Shown here in pieces: positions 60,874-64,000 of a stretch of DNA of 64,000 bases. The notes below the pieces were generated by a model, which worked only from the letters and a program-made list of their open reading frames with translations, was not told where the DNA came from and did no database searches. A program made the position numbers and the translations under genes. Within the stretch, counting starts at the first letter, position 1. Every line of letters starts with the position of its first letter. The stretch is taken from the IMG/VR virus record IMGVR_UViG_3300002131_000106. One strand, 5' to 3'. The stretch is from an uncultured virus (IMG/VR IMGVR_UViG_3300002131_000106). Its lineage: Duplodnaviria; Heunggongvirae; Uroviricota; Caudoviricetes.

Positions 60874-61185
60874 ATGGATGATCGATTGAGACCACAATAC
60901 AAATTTAATGAAGGTAACCTGATTGCCGAGTTCCAAGATTATATTGATTCTACCTATAATGCACACTATGGCCAAGGGGGATTACAATCCTCGGAGGTCA
61001 TTATAGACCGTGGTCATGGTCAAGGCTTCTTTCATGGAAACATTGACAAGTATAATGGTCGATATGGTAAGAAGGGGGAAACCCCTGATGAATGGCGAAA
61101 GGACATTGTAAAGATTATCCACTACGCTCTTCTTGCACTATACGAGCATGATCGTGTGTGGGGATTGGAAGAAGAAAATTGTTGA
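60874..61185 (+). CDS. DUF3310-like protein (putative nucleotide kinase family)
   Basis: HY...GNIDKYxxRYGKK...DIxKIxHY pattern. Confidence 0.6.
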   Translation: MDDRLRPQYKFNEGNLIAEFQDYIDSTYNAHYGQGGLQSSEVIIDRGHGQGFFHGNIDKYNGRYGKKGETPDEWRKDIVKIIHYALLALYEHDRVWGLEEENC

Positions 61186-61199
61186 AATTAAACCCTGTA

Positions 61200-61234
61200 A
61201 GGGGGTTTACAACGGTGATTAACTATGGTATAAT
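61200..61234 (+). promoter_or_regulatory. Sigma70-type promoter for gp45
   Basis: AGGGGG-TTTACA-N17-TATAAT with TGG. Confidence 0.85.
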
Positions 61235-61255
61235 AGTCGTCACAAAGAGGAAACT

Positions 61256-61927
61256 ATGAAAATATCAAAAAATACAATTAACACGCTAAAGAACTTTGCG
61301 AGCATTAACTCGAACTTAGTATTTAAGCCGGGCAACACCGTTAGAACTATTTCAGAATCTAAAACTATTATGTCTTCTGCCCAATTGGAAGAGTCCTTTC
61401 CGGTTGAGTTTGGAATTTATGATTTAAATGAATTCCTTTCTGTGTATTCTTTATTCGAAGACCCAGAGCTTACCTTTGAAGATAAAACTGTTCTGATTCA
61501 TGAAGGCTCACAACAGATTAGGTACTTCTTTTCAAATACCGAAATCTTAACGCAGCCATCCAAAGATATTATTATGCCAGAATCTGAATTTAAGATTACT
61601 GTTACAGCAACTGCATTAGACAAAATTCGTCGTGCTGCTTCTGTACTAGGGCATAGTGAAATCTCTATAGATGGCGAAGACGGCAAGGTATCTGCTGTAG
61701 TCTTTGATTCTAAAGATGCTACCTCTAATACCTATAAAGTCGACCTTGATGATAATAATGACTGCAAAAATGAATTTAACTTCGTATTTAACATTGCAAA
61801 TCTTAAAATGATCCAAGGCGATTACGACCTATCGATTTCTTCTAAGCTTATTTCTAATTGGTCCAACTCTAATCAGCCAATAGAATATTTTATAGCTTTG
61901 GAAAAATCATCAATATTTCGCGCATAA
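61256..61927 (+). CDS. gp45: Sliding clamp gp45
   Basis: LKNFASIN, FGIYDLNEFL and Y.IALE. Upstream of gp44. Confidence 0.96.
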   Translation: MKISKNTINTLKNFASINSNLVFKPGNTVRTISESKTIMSSAQLEESFPVEFGIYDLNEFLSVYSLFEDPELTFEDKTVLIHEGSQQIRYFFSNTEILTQPSKDIIMPESEFKITVTATALDKIRRAASVLGHSEISIDGEDGKVSAVVFDSKDATSNTYKVDLDDNNDCKNEFNFVFNIANLKMIQGDYDLSISSKLISNWSNSNQPIEYFIALEKSSIFRA

Positions 61928-62052
61928 ATAAGTCTGTATGATTTATTATGCGTACAAAGAATTCTCATATATCATGCTGATAATGAGGATAATATGGATA
62001 ATGCCGAATATTCGGGTTAATCCTAAATTAGTCTAAAACTCGAGGAAACAAA

Positions 62053-62286
62053 ATGACTGACGTAAATCAAGAAGTTCAAAGCGAAGAAACTGCTCCGGTT
62101 CAATTGCAGCTCCAAGACATCGCAATGTGTGTTCAAGTGATTGATGTATGTTCTAAGCGTGGTGCTTTTGAAGGTACTGAAATGGAAGCCATTGGCGCTT
62201 TGCGAAACAGGGTAGCTAAGTTCCTAGAAGCTAATGCTCCTGCTAAGCCTGAAGGCGAAGCTCCTTCGGATGCAGTAGCAGAGTAA
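62053..62286 (+). CDS. Conserved hypothetical protein (RGAF motif)
   Basis: GAGG SD. IDVCSKRGAFEGTEMEAIG core with acidic ends. Confidence 0.75.
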   Translation: MTDVNQEVQSEETAPVQLQLQDIAMCVQVIDVCSKRGAFEGTEMEAIGALRNRVAKFLEANAPAKPEGEAPSDAVAE

Positions 62287-62366
62287 CCACTTGCTCAACG
62301 CTACAAAGGTTAAGGACTTCCTTTAAAAAGTCCCTCTATATTATTAATTATAAATTGGATATTATT

Positions 62367-62624
62367 ATGCAAACTAGTGAAAAGGCAAATCTCATTGATT
62401 CCCTCCGTAAGGGTACAGTAACGGTAACATTTCAAAAGATCGACAGTGATGAAGTTAGGGTTATGCCCTGTACTCTCAACCCTGTTATTCTAGAAGCTAA
62501 TGGTGTAGATATTACAGTAGATAAGGTTAGTCCCGAATCAGATAATATCGCAGTATGGTCTTTAGATAAAGATGCTTGGAGATCTTTCCGTACTAATACC
62601 GTGCTCGGATGGGAAGTCCTTTAA
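62367..62624 (+). CDS. WYL_2/DUF2693-like SH3-fold protein
   Basis: VTVTFQK..EVRVMPCTL...VWSLDKDAWRSFR. The ATG at 62367 is preferred over TTG 62355. Confidence 0.7.
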   Translation: MQTSEKANLIDSLRKGTVTVTFQKIDSDEVRVMPCTLNPVILEANGVDITVDKVSPESDNIAVWSLDKDAWRSFRTNTVLGWEVL

Positions 62625-63559
62625 TGAATGAGTTTTTGTGGTGTGAAAAGTATCGTCCTAAGAAAATAGCTGATTGCATTTTGCCCAAGCAAATCAAATC
62701 AACTTTTGAAGATATTGTTAGAGGAGGTGACCTACACAATATACTTCTGGCCGGCACAGCCGGTCTCGGTAAAACTACCGTAGCAAAGGCATTATGCAAT
62801 GAGCTAAACTTAGACTACTTATTTATTAATGGTTCCGAAGAATCAGGCATTGATACTCTCAGAACCAAGATTAAACAATTCGCATCTTCTGTTTCTCTCC
62901 AGGGTGGCTACAAAGTAGTCATTCTGGACGAGGCGGATTATCTTAATGCTCAATCTACACAACCAGCTCTTCGAGGCTTTATCGAAGAATTCTCTAGCAA
63001 CTGCAGGTTTATTATGACTTGCAATTTCAAGAATCGAATTATCGAGCCTCTTCATTCCAGATGCTCTGTCATTGAATTTAATGTCTCTAAGAAAGATATG
63101 ATTGGTTTGTGCAGTAGTTTCCATACTAGAGCAATGGATATATGTAAAAAAGAAGGTATTACTGTCGATCCTGCTGTTCTAGCCGAAGTTATCATGAAGC
63201 ATGCGCCAGACTGGAGAAGGGTTTTAAACGAGCTTCAAAGATATTCAACATCCGGCACTATAGATACTGGCATATTAGTAAATCTATCTGAACAGTCTAT
63301 GGACAAACTAATGGGTATGCTAAAAAATAAAGACTTTAAAAATATGCGTCAATGGGCATCAGACAATATGAGTACCGAGCCTACTGCCATTTTTAGAAAG
63401 CTTTATGATAACATGTCAGACTATATTTTGCCAGCTAGCGGTCCACAATTGGTATTAATTCTTGCAGACTATCAGTATAAAAATAGCTTTGTTGCAGACC
63501 ACGAGATAAACCTCGTAGCCTGCTTAACAGAGATAATGGCACAGGTAAATTTCAAATGA
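62624..63559 (+). CDS. gp44: Clamp loader large subunit gp44
   Basis: LWCEKYRP, GTAGLGKTT, ILDEADYL and PLHSRC. The ATG overlaps the upstream TAA. Confidence 0.97.
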   Translation: MNEFLWCEKYRPKKIADCILPKQIKSTFEDIVRGGDLHNILLAGTAGLGKTTVAKALCNELNLDYLFINGSEESGIDTLRTKIKQFASSVSLQGGYKVVILDEADYLNAQSTQPALRGFIEEFSSNCRFIMTCNFKNRIIEPLHSRCSVIEFNVSKKDMIGLCSSFHTRAMDICKKEGITVDPAVLAEVIMKHAPDWRRVLNELQRYSTSGTIDTGILVNLSEQSMDKLMGMLKNKDFKNMRQWASDNMSTEPTAIFRKLYDNMSDYILPASGPQLVLILADYQYKNSFVADHEINLVACLTEIMAQVNFK

Positions 63560-63753
63560 GTATGTTAGAGGTGGATACCTATTTATGCTGGAAAGTGTAT
63601 TACTCTGATGACAAGGTTGGCTGGAGAGTTACATACTCCAAGTTCGGACAAATCCGATATGAAAGAGTATTTAACACCGAGGATGAAGCCTTAGCTTATA
63701 TAAGCGAAAGAAAACAGAAAGATCCTATTCTACTTAAGGAACAAGGAGAATGA
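63556..63753 (+). CDS. Hypothetical protein between gp44 and gp62
   Basis: 65 aa with ATGA overlaps at both ends. Confidence 0.6.
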   Translation: MSMLEVDTYLCWKVYYSDDKVGWRVTYSKFGQIRYERVFNTEDEALAYISERKQKDPILLKEQGE

Positions 63754-64000
63754 ATCCCTTTGAATATGTGTTAGCTATTAACACGTCAAAGAAAGATATA
63801 ATGGTTGATGACGTATCCGAAAAGAGTTATAACCCTTTTTTAGTCAACAGATCATTATCTTACTTTAATGACACCGTGTTATATGCTAATGAAATGAACA
63901 TTAACCATCACATTGATCATCGTCTTCAATTCGATTTTTTCATAAATATAATAAGGAAGAGGAAGAGATTCTCTAAATGGGCTAAACCGATTGAATTAGA
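63750..64000 (+). CDS. gp62: Clamp loader small subunit gp62 (3' truncated; missing from the ORF track)
   Basis: MNPFEYVLAINTSKKDIM...YNPFLVNRSLSYFNDTVLYANEMN...QFDFFINIIRKRKRFSKWAK, open to the end of the window. Confidence 0.9.
   Translation, partial: MNPFEYVLAINTSKKDIMVDDVSEKSYNPFLVNRSLSYFNDTVLYANEMNINHHIDHRLQFDFFINIIRKRKRFSKWAKPIEL

Noticed and set aside
61928..62052. tRNA in the structured gap
   Set aside because: There is no cloverleaf, T-loop GTTCRA or acceptor stem. It was kept only as a candidate structured RNA.
62314..62333. Terminator GGACTT-N8-AAGTCC after ORF 62053
   Set aside because: A 6-bp stem with a large loop and no clean U-tract is too weak to call.
1078..63124. The many 60-150-aa minus-strand ORFs in the track
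   Set aside because: Nearly all lie opposite long + strand genes and are rich in V/P/S/A/T as expected for antisense shadows of Gly/Thr-rich codons. None shows a recognisable motif.
1..64000. Stop-codon reassignment or a specific host assignment
   Set aside because: Core genes are full length in the standard code and end in TAA, TAG or TGA. No host-diagnostic gene such as a photosynthesis gene is in the window.

Overview
This window is a 64-kb, AT-rich segment of a T4-like (myovirus) phage genome. Every credible gene is on the + strand, and the gene order resembles that of aquatic T4-like phages. From 1 to ~10 kb lie baseplate wedge genes (gp6 C-terminal part, gp7, gp8) and a 1758-aa DUF4815/VrlC-like structural protein. 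From ~10 to 39 kb is an unusually long cluster of eight large fibre/adhesin-type genes plus small partner ORFs. These are built from shared modules: six [20 protein letters not shown] boxes, about 15 GNVGIG boxes, NWxTAYGWG and [14 protein letters not shown] repeats, collagen, C1q, LamG and three S74 chaperone domains. Next come neck, packaging, tail and head genes (gp13-gp23, gp3). The window ends with uvsY, uvsW, gp55, gp47, gp46, a peptidase-vWA/MoxR-AAA pair, gp45, gp44 and the start of gp62. Regulatory signals are clear: 13 exact TATAAATA late-promoter boxes, five + strand sigma70-type promoters mostly preceded by a G-run, one orphan antisense promoter back-to-back with the gp55 promoter, a C(UUCG)G terminator after gp23 and several structured leaders. 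I saw no tRNA, CRISPR array, integrase, reverse transcriptase, intron, intein or homing endonuclease. All family assignments come from recognising motifs and synteny by eye; no database search was run.
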